This document shows positions 18,600 through 27,641 of a stretch of 64,000 nucleotides of DNA, piece after piece. Made by a program: the position numbers and the translations under genes. Source of the stretch: Treponemataceae bacterium (lineage in GTDB: Bacteria > Spirochaetota > Spirochaetia > Treponematales > Treponemataceae); assembly GCA_024680915.1 (NCBI GenBank), contig JAILBN010000035.1, positions 8,435 to 72,434 on the forward strand, given 5' to 3'. Position 1 is the first letter of the stretch, and each line of letters starts with the position of its first letter. The notes beneath the pieces were generated by a model that did not search any database, was not told the origin of the DNA, and saw nothing but the letters and a program-made list of their open reading frames with translations.

Positions 18600-19487
18600 A
18601 TGACAATTTATTCATCAGATTCAGACAAAATAACACGTGACTTTTTCGACTCCATGCTTTTAGAGACACGTTACTTGGATTCCACGCTTCCTTCCACAAA
18701 ACTCCAGCTTTATGGACGTGAATTCGACACACCGATTATGACCGCAGCACTGTCACACCTGGGAAATACGGCAAAAGACGGTATGCTGATCTATGCTGAG
18801 GCCGCAAAGAAGGCCAATGCCGTACATTGGATCGGGATGGGGGAAGACAAAGAGCTGGAGGATATTGTGGCTACAGGTGCCGCCACAATCAAAATCATAA
18901 AACCCCATGCAGACAATAAGGAGGTTTTCAGGAAAATTGAGCATGCGGTAAAGGCTGGCTGTTTTGCCCTCGGCATGGATATAGATCATTCCTTCAACAG
19001 CCGTGGCGGCTACGATGAGGTCCTCGGTCTGAACATGAAGGCAAAATCCACCGAGGAACTTACTGAGTTCGTGAAGGCCTCGAAAATCCCCTTTATTGTG
19101 AAGGGTGTACTCAGCACCAGGGATGCAGAGAAATGTCTCAAAGCTGGCTGCAAAGGTCTTGTTCTATCCCACCACCACAACATGATGGGCTTTTCTGTAC
19201 CACCCCTTCTTATGCTCAAGGACATTCTTTCCGCAGTATCAAATGAGATTCCAGTTTTTGTTGACTGCGGAATAGAAAGCGGTTACGATGCCTATAAATG
19301 CCTGGCCTTGGGAGCCACCGGGGTTTCCGTGGGAAGACATCTTATGCCCCTTCTAAAGGAAGGTCCGGATGCCACTGCAGCCCGCATCAAGGAGCTGACA
19401 GAAGAGCTTGCAGGCATAATGGCCCGCACAGGAGTTGCGGACTTAGGTAAAATGGATGAAAGTGTCATCCACCGCAGGGACTTTTAA
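18600..19487 (+). CDS. FMN-dependent alpha-hydroxy-acid dehydrogenase/oxidase family TIM-barrel protein (divergent, short)
   Basis: IPFIVKGVLSTRDAEKCLKAGCKGLVLS and FVDCGIESGYDAYKCLALGATGVSVGR match the family. The canonical SNHGGRQ position reads SHHHNMM (19167-19187). Confidence 0.65.
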   Translation: MTIYSSDSDKITRDFFDSMLLETRYLDSTLPSTKLQLYGREFDTPIMTAALSHLGNTAKDGMLIYAEAAKKANAVHWIGMGEDKELEDIVATGAATIKIIKPHADNKEVFRKIEHAVKAGCFALGMDIDHSFNSRGGYDEVLGLNMKAKSTEELTEFVKASKIPFIVKGVLSTRDAEKCLKAGCKGLVLSHHHNMMGFSVPPLLMLKDILSAVSNEIPVFVDCGIESGYDAYKCLALGATGVSVGRHLMPLLKEGPDATAARIKELTEELAGIMARTGVADLGKMDESVIHRRDF

Positions 19488-19556
19488 TAAACATGAATGA
19501 TGTGCGGATGGATATTAAATCCGCACAAAGCTTAATAGATTCAGGAAGGAGATTAT

Positions 19557-20378
19557 ATGTATCTTGGAGTATCGTCATCATTAGCCCATTCTTCACCAGA
19601 AGATTGGGCTTCAAAGCATAAAGACCTGGGCTTGAAATGCGTAGTATTCCCAGTGGATTTCAATGCAGGTAAGGATAAGGTGAAGGCCTACAAGGAGGCG
19701 GCAGACAAGGCAGGTCTTTCTATCGCAGAGGTGGGTATATGGAAGAACACTCTTGCCGCGGACCTGACCGAAAGGAAAAGAATGATAGACTATTCAGTGG
19801 GGCAGCTGGAAATGGCAGATGAAATAGGAGCAAGGTGCTGCGTGAATGTTGTGGGAACACCTTACGGCCCCCGCTGGGACGGCGGTTACCGCGACAACTT
19901 CAGCCCTGAGCTCTGGGATATGGCAGTTAAAATGATACAAGAGATAATAGACCGGGTGAAACCGAAGAATACCAAGTTCAGTATAGAATCTATGCCCTGG
20001 ATGATTCCCAGCGGGCCTGATGAATACCTCCGCCTGATAGAAGCGGTTGACAGACCTGAATTCGGCGCTCACCTTGATGTGGTGAACATGATCACATCTC
20101 CCGACAGATACTTCTTCAATGACCACTTCCTTGAGGAATGCTTCTCAAAGCTCAAAGGGAAGATATGCAGCTGTCACTTGAAGGATATCAACCTGAAGCA
20201 GGAATACACCTTCCAGCTGGAGGAATGCGCCTGCGGAAAAGGTACACTGGATATAGAGCTTTTCGCAAAGCTGGCCACAGCAGAGGACCCGGAAATGCCT
20301 ATGATCATAGAGCACCTGACGACAGATGAAGAATACCTGGACAGCGTGAAGTATGTAAGGCAAAGACTCGGTTGCTGA
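19557..20378 (+). CDS. sugar phosphate isomerase/epimerase (xylose-isomerase-like TIM barrel)
   Basis: 273 aa. Its size and pattern (...IESMPW..., HLDVVN, CHLKD, IIEH) are typical of the AP_endonuc_2 / xylose-isomerase-like fold. Confidence 0.65.
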   Translation: MYLGVSSSLAHSSPEDWASKHKDLGLKCVVFPVDFNAGKDKVKAYKEAADKAGLSIAEVGIWKNTLAADLTERKRMIDYSVGQLEMADEIGARCCVNVVGTPYGPRWDGGYRDNFSPELWDMAVKMIQEIIDRVKPKNTKFSIESMPWMIPSGPDEYLRLIEAVDRPEFGAHLDVVNMITSPDRYFFNDHFLEECFSKLKGKICSCHLKDINLKQEYTFQLEECACGKGTLDIELFAKLATAEDPEMPMIIEHLTTDEEYLDSVKYVRQRLGC

Positions 20379-20396
20379 AGCAAGAGGAGGGAGTTT

Positions 20397-21104
20397 ATGA
20401 CTAAGCGATATACTGCAGCATACATTCTAAACATCTGTATTTTTATTCTGACCTTATTCTCCACAATAAGCATGATTATAGGATTCCAATTCATGGGAGA
20501 TATAAAGGTACTTTCGTCCAAGAACCTGGCCGCATTCCGTTATTTTACCGTTGATTCTAATGTTCTTGCAGGCTTGGTCTCTCTTGTCTATTTAATTTAT
20601 ATGGCAGGGAACAAAAAAGATAAAAAAAGCAAGGATAGCACGACTAGCCTACCCCCAAAAGCTATGCCTCTTTGGTTGTCCCTTCTTAAACTAGGTGCGA
20701 CTACAGGCGTTACCCTCACCATGATGGTGACGGTCTGCTTCCTGGCACCTACCTCCAGCAGAGGCTTTTTCGCACTTTTTATGAACAGCAACTTCTTTTT
20801 TCACTTCATAATTCCTGTTTTATGCATACTTTCCTTTGTTTTTTGTGAAGGCTCAGAGAAAAAGGTAAGTTTCAAGTACACTCTGACAGGTATAATCCCT
20901 ATGTTTTTGTATTCCATCTACTACACGACAAACATACTCCTCCATCTTGAGAATGGAAAACCCACAAACCGCTATGACTTATACGGTTTCCTGGGAGGAA
21001 AGCTTTCAAACGCATGGTTCGTCCTGCCTGCCATTTATCTTATGACCTGGGGCTTCAGTATACTTCTTTGGTGGGGAAACAAAAAGCTGTCTCAAAAAAA
21101 GTAA
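20397..21104 (+). CDS. multi-pass membrane protein (FRYFTVDSN motif, possibly Pr6Pr-type)
   Basis: 235 aa with about 6 hydrophobic segments. The family call is tentative. Confidence 0.6.
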   Translation: MTKRYTAAYILNICIFILTLFSTISMIIGFQFMGDIKVLSSKNLAAFRYFTVDSNVLAGLVSLVYLIYMAGNKKDKKSKDSTTSLPPKAMPLWLSLLKLGATTGVTLTMMVTVCFLAPTSSRGFFALFMNSNFFFHFIIPVLCILSFVFCEGSEKKVSFKYTLTGIIPMFLYSIYYTTNILLHLENGKPTNRYDLYGFLGGKLSNAWFVLPAIYLMTWGFSILLWWGNKKLSQKK

Positions 21105-21115
21105 AGACAGCAGAA

Positions 21116-21161
21116 ACAAAAAAAGCGTCCGGTATATATAATATTCCGAACGCTTTTTTAT
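21116..21161. terminator. bidirectional intrinsic terminator between convergent genes
   Basis: An A-run, then AGCGTCCGG (21124-21132) pairing with CCGAACGCT (21146-21154, one mismatch), then a T-run. Confidence 0.6.
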
Positions 21162-21205
21162 TCTCTTCAATGATATGGATGCTTTATCAGCAAATAGAAA
21201 AGAAA

Positions 21206-21676
21206 CTATTTCAACCAGAAGCGGAATCCAGCCTGAACAGGGAAGCTCCATAAATTAACGCCGAATTTAGGAAGGATGGAAATGCCAGGCTGCCAAGCCA
21301 ACTGTAAATAAAGCTCCAGGAAATTATCAAGAAGCTTAAGATTCAAGCCACCGAGAGCTCTTGCTGCAATACCAAGACGAACAGGCTCACCTAAACCGAT
21401 ATTACCTGCAAAACCCCAACCGTAAAAAAAACCGAAAGGACCTGAGAGTTTCTTTGCTGCAATCCACATATCAGCCGTTATACCCAAAGAAACATAATTA
21501 TCAAGGAAATAACCATCCACAGCAAAAACCCAAGGTTTATTATCAAGCTTAAAGGTAATGGCTACATTCCCACCACCACCATTAAGGTTAGATCCACCCT
21601 GAACTCCTATCCCAAAAGCGAAAAGGCTGGTGGAACAAATTACAACTAAAAAAACAAGCATCAAAGCTTTCTTCAT
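21206..21676 (-). CDS. small secreted Gly-rich protein, possible small beta-barrel outer-membrane protein
   Basis: Signal peptide MKKALMLVFLVVICSTSLFAFG, alternating hydrophobic pattern and a C-terminal ...AGFRFWLK. I prefer the ATG at 21676 over the track start at 21739. Confidence 0.6.
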   Translation of the reverse strand: MKKALMLVFLVVICSTSLFAFGIGVQGGSNLNGGGGNVAITFKLDNKPWVFAVDGYFLDNYVSLGITADMWIAAKKLSGPFGFFYGWGFAGNIGLGEPVRLGIAARALGGLNLKLLDNFLELYLQLAWQPGISILPKFGVNLWSFPVQAGFRFWLK

Positions 21677-21841
21677 AAACAGACACTCCTTATCTGTAAG
21701 AATAAATGGAATCCTGTGCTGACAATGTACAAGATTCAAATATTATTAATATATTATACGAAAAAAGTTATTCTGTCAATTTTCTCCATAAGTATTTCTT
21801 TGTATCACTGCTCCCTGACAAAAGAAATTAAATGGCATGTA

Positions 21842-21870
21842 TTGACATTTTTTAATTTTGCAAGTATATT
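21842..21870 (+). promoter_or_regulatory. sigma-70-type promoter of tRNA-Lys
   Basis: TTGACA (21842-21847), a 17-nt spacer, then TATATT (21865-21870), about 48 nt upstream of the tRNA 5' end. Confidence 0.6.
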
Positions 21871-21918
21871 TATGAAGCGTTCGGCGAATATAGCTTTGCT
21901 GAACAGCTTAAGCATTCC

Positions 21919-21991
21919 GGGCTATTAGCTCAGTAGGTAGAGCAACGCCCTTTTAAGGCGTGGGTCGTTGGTTCGAATCCAACATAGCTCA
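21919..21991 (+). tRNA. tRNA-Lys (anticodon UUU)
   Basis: I folded a 73-nt cloverleaf by hand. Acceptor: GGGCTAT/ATAGCTC. D arm: GCTC-AGTAGGTA-GAGC. Anticodon arm: ACGCC-CTTTTAA-GGCGT. T arm: GTTGG-TTCGAAT-CCAAC. The discriminator is A and CCA is not encoded. Confidence 0.93.
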
Positions 21992-21997
21992 ACATGT

Positions 21998-22032
21998 GAC
22001 CGTTCCTGAAAAAGGATACGGTCTTTTTTTTT
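21998..22032 (+). terminator. intrinsic terminator after tRNA-Lys
   Basis: GACCGT (21998-22003) pairs with ACGGTC (22018-22023), with an inner TCC/GGA pairing, followed by 9 T. Confidence 0.75.
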
Positions 22033-22130
22033 CATAAGCTTCACTAAGTTCTATTGAAGATTTCTTTTCGAAGAGGGCATGGTTCTTTTTACTGACGAAA
22101 AAATATATAGGGGCTTTCTTTTTCTTAGCT

Positions 22131-23795
22131 TCACCGGGTCTGACTCAACCCTTCGGAAATGCTAAAGGCCCTGTCTCCTATCTTCTCTATATTACGCACG
22201 AAATCGATATACAGGAGCTCTGATTTTACATCCGCACCTTTCTCAAGACGTTTCCTTGCGACCTTTTTCAGGTTCTTCCTATAAGCATCAATCTGATCTT
22301 CCAACTCCTGGGCCATGGAAAGCTTTTCCTCACTAAGATGCTTATTTATATTGATATGGATGAACTGCAAGAACTGACGCACCAGCTCAAGATACGGAAC
22401 CAATCTTTCCATATCAGATTCCTCATATTGCATATTCTTATCCACACTCTTTTTTATGAGCATTCCTATACTCAGACAATCATCTGACATACTCTCCAAA
22501 TCATCCACAACCTGGATCATAATAGAAAGGTTATCTAGCTGCTTCTCGGTGACAGGAAGCCTCTCTATATGAAGTATGTATCTTGTAAGCTGCTCGTGCA
22601 TTTGATCAGCATAGTCCTCTTCCCTTACAAGCTGCTCAAGATGCTCCTCTTCAAAGGAAGTATCCCGATTCATAAAGCCGACCTGTATATGATCGAACAT
22701 TGATGTAACCAGATCCGCCATATCAGCGATCGCTTTTTCAGCACGGATGATATATGCGGCTATATTTTCCTTACCAAAACTCTCCGTAAAATCCAGATGG
22801 AAGATTTTTTCATTCTCAGAGCTTTTTTCTTTGATTGCCTTTTTAGAAAGGGATACAATCTGTTTCACGAAAGGAAGCATGACTACTGTTGATAAAACCT
22901 TGAAAACAGTATGCATCATTGAAATTCTTATGGCAATGTTAGAGTCCATCCCACCTGGTGTAAGGAAGACAACAAGGTTAAGGAATTGCTTGAAGAAAAG
23001 AAGGGCAAGGACTGTACCTGTAAGGTTGAAGAAAACATGTATGAAAGCCGCCCTCTTTGCGTCAGCTGATGCTCCAAGAGCTGCAAGGATAGCATCTATG
23101 GTTGACCCTATATTACTTCCCAGGGTCATCACCGCTGCCAGCTCCCAGGATACCAGACCGTTATAGGCCATAGTTATAACTATAGCTGAGAAAGCACTAG
23201 AAGAATGAAGGATAGCGGTTATTATTATTCCTATAAAGAAGCCTATTATAAGGGAAATTATGCCAGAATCCTTGAAGGTAAAAAGCCATCCTATTTGATC
23301 CGGACTGAAAATACCTGAAAGACCACTCAAGCCAAAAAAAAGGAGTCCGAAGCCCATCAAGGTGTCCCCGACTCCTTTAAAACCACTTTTCTTAATTTTT
23401 GCAAGAAAAAAACCAAGTCCAAAAACAGGAATTGCAAAATCAGAAATATTAAAATTAAAGCCGAATATTGAAACAATCCATGCAGTTATTGTCGTTCCTA
23501 TGTTGGCACCAAAAATTACGCTTGCAGATTGTGTCAGGGTCATCATTCCGGCATTAACGAAAGTAACGACCATTACTGTCGTTGCTCCAGAGGACTGGAT
23601 TATCATCGTGATTATAAGACCGGTAAACAAGCCCATAAATCTGTTCTCTGTAATGACGCTCAGCGCTCGCTGCAATTTCTCACCGGTACTTTTTTGAATA
23701 CCGTCGCTCATAAGTTTCATTCCATAAAGAAGAAAACCAAGGTTACCTATTAACTGAACAAACATTACAACCAGATTCATGATAGTATTATACAT
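22131..23795 (-). CDS. Na/Pi cotransporter family protein with C-terminal PhoU-like domain
   Basis: 554 aa. LGFLLYGMKLMSDGIQK...LTGLIITMIIQSSGATTVM and a second QSS-type repeat (ILHSSSAF) are typical of Na_Pi_cotrans. The C-terminal half is helical. Confidence 0.85.
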   Translation of the reverse strand: MYNTIMNLVVMFVQLIGNLGFLLYGMKLMSDGIQKSTGEKLQRALSVITENRFMGLFTGLIITMIIQSSGATTVMVVTFVNAGMMTLTQSASVIFGANIGTTITAWIVSIFGFNFNISDFAIPVFGLGFFLAKIKKSGFKGVGDTLMGFGLLFFGLSGLSGIFSPDQIGWLFTFKDSGIISLIIGFFIGIIITAILHSSSAFSAIVITMAYNGLVSWELAAVMTLGSNIGSTIDAILAALGASADAKRAAFIHVFFNLTGTVLALLFFKQFLNLVVFLTPGGMDSNIAIRISMMHTVFKVLSTVVMLPFVKQIVSLSKKAIKEKSSENEKIFHLDFTESFGKENIAAYIIRAEKAIADMADLVTSMFDHIQVGFMNRDTSFEEEHLEQLVREEDYADQMHEQLTRYILHIERLPVTEKQLDNLSIMIQVVDDLESMSDDCLSIGMLIKKSVDKNMQYEESDMERLVPYLELVRQFLQFIHININKHLSEEKLSMAQELEDQIDAYRKNLKKVARKRLEKGADVKSELLYIDFVRNIEKIGDRAFSISEGLSQTR

Positions 23796-23840
23796 TTTTT
23801 TATAGAGTTATCAATATATTTTATAGCTAAGAATGATATC

Positions 23841-23870
23841 AAAAAAAACTCCCTGGTTAAACCAGGGAGT
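23841..23870 (-). terminator. intrinsic terminator after the beta-barrel-like gene
   Basis: On the minus strand, ACTCCCTGGT-TTA-ACCAGGGAG is followed by TTTTTTTT (plus-strand stems 23849-23857 and 23861-23869, A-run 23841-23848). Confidence 0.8.
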
Positions 23871-23914
23871 CGTCACTATATCAGGTAAACTTCAATCACC
23901 TGACATCAATTATC

Positions 23915-25120
23915 TTAATAGTACAAACCGAAGGATACAGCAGCATTCATCTGGCTGTTTTCTCCAGGATTAAGTCCCAGTTCCTTCGTATAAAGAGCTG
24001 CGTCGAGATGCAAGGCCCCAATCTTCAGACTTGCACCTACAGATATGAAACCTTCACTGAAGCCTACACGACCAAAGATGAAGTGCATAAGACCGAGCTC
24101 AGCACCAGCACCGATGTTGAACAATGGATTTTTTTCAAGTGGAGAAACATTCTTCTCAACGAAATGCCTATAGAAAAGCATAAAATCTTTTACATCAGCC
24201 TGTACCTTCAAAGAAGAAATCAAACCACCAAGGATACCGTTGGGCAGAAGATTCAAACCAAGGCCTACCCTGAATTTTGACTCTTGTTTTGCCAAATCAC
24301 CGAAATTGGCGAAAAGCACGGAGTAATCTGCCATTGCCTCACCGAAAGTTGTTTCTGAAGACTTATAGACTGAGTATACATCATCCCAAACGACAGCTGC
24401 ATCAATGAAGTTGAAAAGACGAAGCTGTACACCCAGATCACAACTAAGGCCGACAACAGTATTAATAGGAATATCATCGAACTGAGAACCAGAATTTGCG
24501 CCTTCGCCTGTAGCCAGGCTGATGATATTGACAAGACTGTCCTGAACAGCAAGACGAGGAACAAGGGCGTAACCTTCAGCAGTAGCACCTACAGAAAGAG
24601 AACTACCAGCACCAAAGTCAAGGGCATAAGCGTAACCAAATACCAAACCAGCCTCAAGCTGAGCAGTAAGTCTTGCCAATGTAACAGAAGGAATCAAGGC
24701 ATCAACTTTAACAGACTCGAAGAAGCCCCAGCCGAAACCGTTCTTGGAGATGCTACCAAAGCATAACGGACCATCAAGACCAACACCGAAGTTCAGTTTA
24801 GCGCCCTCTTCCAAAAGACCAGCAGCTATATTCATAGGCTCTTCACCTGCCTGATACTTTTCCAGAACATCAGGAAGCTTCTCAAGCGGTCCACCGATAT
24901 TGGCAGAGACCACAGTTATCATCGTCTTTGGTCCTGTAAGGCCAAGACCTGCTGGATTCTTAAGTATCGTATAAAAATCTGTCGTATCAGTGGCATGCAT
25001 TCCTCCCATACCAAGAGACCTAACATCTATCATCCCAGGCTCATCTATATCTGCGGCTGCAAATAAAAGCGAGGCCGAAAGCAACAAGGCTGCTATAACT
25101 ATAATCTTTTTTGTTTTCAT
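23915..25120 (-). CDS. secreted protein, probable outer-membrane beta-barrel (FadL/PorV-like by eye)
   Basis: Signal peptide MKTKKIIVIAALLLSASLLFAAA, an LGMGGMHAT motif, alternating beta-strand pattern and a C-terminal ...AVSFGLYY. I prefer the ATG at 25120. Confidence 0.55.
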   Translation of the reverse strand: MKTKKIIVIAALLLSASLLFAAADIDEPGMIDVRSLGMGGMHATDTTDFYTILKNPAGLGLTGPKTMITVVSANIGGPLEKLPDVLEKYQAGEEPMNIAAGLLEEGAKLNFGVGLDGPLCFGSISKNGFGWGFFESVKVDALIPSVTLARLTAQLEAGLVFGYAYALDFGAGSSLSVGATAEGYALVPRLAVQDSLVNIISLATGEGANSGSQFDDIPINTVVGLSCDLGVQLRLFNFIDAAVVWDDVYSVYKSSETTFGEAMADYSVLFANFGDLAKQESKFRVGLGLNLLPNGILGGLISSLKVQADVKDFMLFYRHFVEKNVSPLEKNPLFNIGAGAELGLMHFIFGRVGFSEGFISVGASLKIGALHLDAALYTKELGLNPGENSQMNAAVSFGLYY

Positions 25121-25137
25121 AAACAAACCTCTCGAAC

Positions 25138-26061
25138 TTAATTACCACTCAATATTGATACCAGGCTGTCCATGCTGACATTTTTGTCGAACAACCATTT
25201 AACTGTCTGGAATGCAGTAGAAAGAGCCGCTTTTCCAGCAGGATCGACAACGCCATCTTCTGCCAAACCTTCAAGAACTTGCTGGGCTGCATTTTCTGAC
25301 CCTTGTGCAGTCTGCAATTCTTGCAGGTGACTCTCATCACTGAAATACTGAATCAAGTTATTAATTACTTCCATCAGATCCTCGGAAGGCTGCGTTCTTG
25401 TAACACCATCATCACCTGTCACTTCCTGGGTCAAAGTAATCATGTTCTCAGAAGATTTACATGCTGAGACTGCCACAGAAAGTGTCGCAAAGAGTACGTT
25501 CTGGACTGTATCATCTACGACCAGCTCATCATCCTCATTGTAGGTAAGACCAAGACTTTCTCCATTGCTTGTGACCATCTGCTTCAGGATTGTCTCAGTC
25601 GCAGTTGTATCAACATGCTCTACCTGACTAACCACATTACCTATGATATCCGAAAGCTGATCCATTTCGTTGTCACCGACGTCACCTGCGTTACCATTAT
25701 TACCATTGTTGAATGTTGATATAACAGTGGAAGCTGATGAAAGAATCGTTTCCACAGGGAGAACTGCAGTCATCGTGGCGCCCAGGATTACATTTTTCGT
25801 TCCTGCATCAAGACTGGCAACTTCTTCCTGCCTTTCCTCAGCACCCAGGGATTCTATCAATTCCTTTGATACTGCTGTGGCTTCAACGTTAGACAAAGCC
25901 TGGACAATAGAAGTCGTGTCCAAATCTGTCACTGAGCCAGCCTCAGGAGTAAAACCTTTCAAGGTCTCTGCCATAAAAGGACTTGTCAACATGTCACAGG
26001 AAAAAAAAGAAAATACGCATATCGTTGCGACAAGAACGAATGCTAATTTGTTCATCTTCAT
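25138..26061 (-). CDS. acidic lipoprotein of unknown function
   Basis: MKMNKLAFVLVATICVFSFFSCD contains a lipobox. AAGGAGGA lies just upstream of the ATG at 26061. The track's longer start (26115) lies inside a 5'-UTR palindrome. Confidence 0.7.
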   Translation of the reverse strand: MKMNKLAFVLVATICVFSFFSCDMLTSPFMAETLKGFTPEAGSVTDLDTTSIVQALSNVEATAVSKELIESLGAEERQEEVASLDAGTKNVILGATMTAVLPVETILSSASTVISTFNNGNNGNAGDVGDNEMDQLSDIIGNVVSQVEHVDTTATETILKQMVTSNGESLGLTYNEDDELVVDDTVQNVLFATLSVAVSACKSSENMITLTQEVTGDDGVTRTQPSEDLMEVINNLIQYFSDESHLQELQTAQGSENAAQQVLEGLAEDGVVDPAGKAALSTAFQTVKWLFDKNVSMDSLVSILSGN

Positions 26062-26105
26062 AATATCCTCCTTAAAAAGGTTCTCACTTTTTTCCTTAGT
26101 ATATC

Positions 26106-26146
26106 CATATCTCATCTCTAAACAGACTGTTTACTAATGAGATATG
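26106..26146 (-). promoter_or_regulatory. 41-nt dyad symmetry in the 5' UTR / operator region of the lipoprotein-barrel operon
   Basis: CATATCTCAT (26106-26115) pairs with ATGAGATATG (26137-26146), a perfect 10 bp. The inner TAAACAG (26119-25) pairs with CTGTTTA (26127-33). Confidence 0.6.
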
Positions 26147-26160
26147 ACATTTCATCAGAT

Positions 26161-26189
26161 ATTATAACACGCGAAAGCTTGAAAAACAA
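26161..26189 (-). promoter_or_regulatory. sigma-70-type promoter for the lipoprotein-barrel operon
   Basis: On the minus strand: TTGTTT (26189-26184), a 17-nt spacer, then TATAAT (26166-26161). Confidence 0.5.
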
Positions 26190-26216
26190 CACAAGATTTT
26201 TTTTTATTGATTTTTT

Positions 26217-27641
26217 TTATTGATTTTCTACCAAGAATGCTTCTGCTTCCACACTCTCTGTCTGTGCTCTCACTGGAAGAATCCTGCTGATAGATACAGT
26301 AACTTCCTTTCCACCAAGGCTTTTTAATTCATTATTGCTTTTTGGAATACGTATATGTATAAAGTTCTCTGTCACTGCCCTTATCTCATCAGTCCGTCTT
26401 TTTTCAATTACAGCCTTGAATTGTTTTCCGATAGCTTTTTCCAGATAATTCTTTTTTTGGATCAAGGCAAGCTCCGTAAGACGATGGGCTCTGTCTCCAG
26501 AAATGGACTGGGGTACCTGAGGTCGCATTGAAAAGGCCTTTGTCCCAGGACGAGGAGAAAAGGGGAATACATGTACCCAGGAAAAATCACATTCCCGGCA
26601 AAGCTCCATAGAGGCAGAAAAATCTTCTTCAGTCTCACCGGGAAAGCCGGTAATTATATCAGCCGCCAGGAAACAACCAGTCTTTACTGCACGCAGCATC
26701 CTGGACGCTTTTATAACATCCTCTGCTCCATAAGGGCGGTTCATGCTCCTGAGAATCCTATCGCTTCCAGATTGAACTGAGAGATGAAAATGAGGGCGAA
26801 TCCTTTCATCCGCCAGAATAGAACAGAAAGCATCAGTAACTATATCAGGATACAAGCTTGATATACGGAAAGAAATAGTGGATGTTCCAGATAGCAAAAA
26901 GCTCATGAGCTCAGGGAAACGCATGTTTTGCCCGGCTTCTGAGGAATAGTACTGGGAAAGGTTGACACCGGTTATGACGACTTCTTTCTGCCCTGCCCTT
27001 TCCAGCCCTTTTATGCGTTCAAGGACTTCAGAAGCTGAAAGAGAAACAGATTTTCCCCGTGCAAGATGTATACGACAGTATGAACAGTTGCAGTTACATC
27101 CGTCCTGGATTTTCACGGATGCTCTGGAATGGCTTAGAAAAGTATCGGTTGCCAGAGTAAAAGACGCTTTTTTCAAGTCCAAAGGAGTTAATTTTTCTAT
27201 CATATCGCGCAAGAAAACAGCGAATTGCTCTGGGGAATACTGAGTTCCCTTGTCGATGATATCACGAAGCAATATGGAAGGAATCTTTGAAAGGTACTCC
27301 TTTTCAGTACCCCTCAGAACAGCGATCCTTTCACTGATAGCTTGAATTTCCTCTGGCTCTACCTCAGCATAACAGCCGGTGACAAGGACGGCTGCTTGGG
27401 GAAACTTTGAAAGCAGCAGGCGGATGATACGCCTGGCCTTTTGCTCGGCCTTAGTCGTAACAGTGCATGTGTTGAGGACACAAAGAAAAACCTGCTTATT
27501 TTTCTCAGAAGAAGCAGTACATGTTTTCATTTCCACAGGGAAACCACTTTCAGAGAAGGCTTTTGCGGCTGCCTCGGACTCAATCTGATTAAGCTTACAT
27601 CCTAAAGTCTCAAAGTGAACCGAGTAAGGAATAGGTATCAT
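26217..27641 (-). CDS. mtaB: radical SAM methylthiotransferase, MiaB/RimO family (MtaB-like)
   Basis: 474 aa. It has an N-terminal UPF0004 domain (FETLGCKLNQIESE...NTCTVT), a radical SAM cluster CNCNCSYC and a C-terminal TRAM-like region. Confidence 0.8.
   Translation of the reverse strand: MIPIPYSVHFETLGCKLNQIESEAAAKAFSESGFPVEMKTCTASSEKNKQVFLCVLNTCTVTTKAEQKARRIIRLLLSKFPQAAVLVTGCYAEVEPEEIQAISERIAVLRGTEKEYLSKIPSILLRDIIDKGTQYSPEQFAVFLRDMIEKLTPLDLKKASFTLATDTFLSHSRASVKIQDGCNCNCSYCRIHLARGKSVSLSASEVLERIKGLERAGQKEVVITGVNLSQYYSSEAGQNMRFPELMSFLLSGTSTISFRISSLYPDIVTDAFCSILADERIRPHFHLSVQSGSDRILRSMNRPYGAEDVIKASRMLRAVKTGCFLAADIITGFPGETEEDFSASMELCRECDFSWVHVFPFSPRPGTKAFSMRPQVPQSISGDRAHRLTELALIQKKNYLEKAIGKQFKAVIEKRRTDEIRAVTENFIHIRIPKSNNELKSLGGKEVTVSISRILPVRAQTESVEAEAFLVENQ

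Noticed and set aside
26196-26232. A direct repeat TTTTTTTATTGATTTT x2 at the mtaB stop.
   Set aside because: It is a low-complexity T-rich sequence overlapping the stop codon. It is most simply slippage-type duplication in a promoter-distal spacer.
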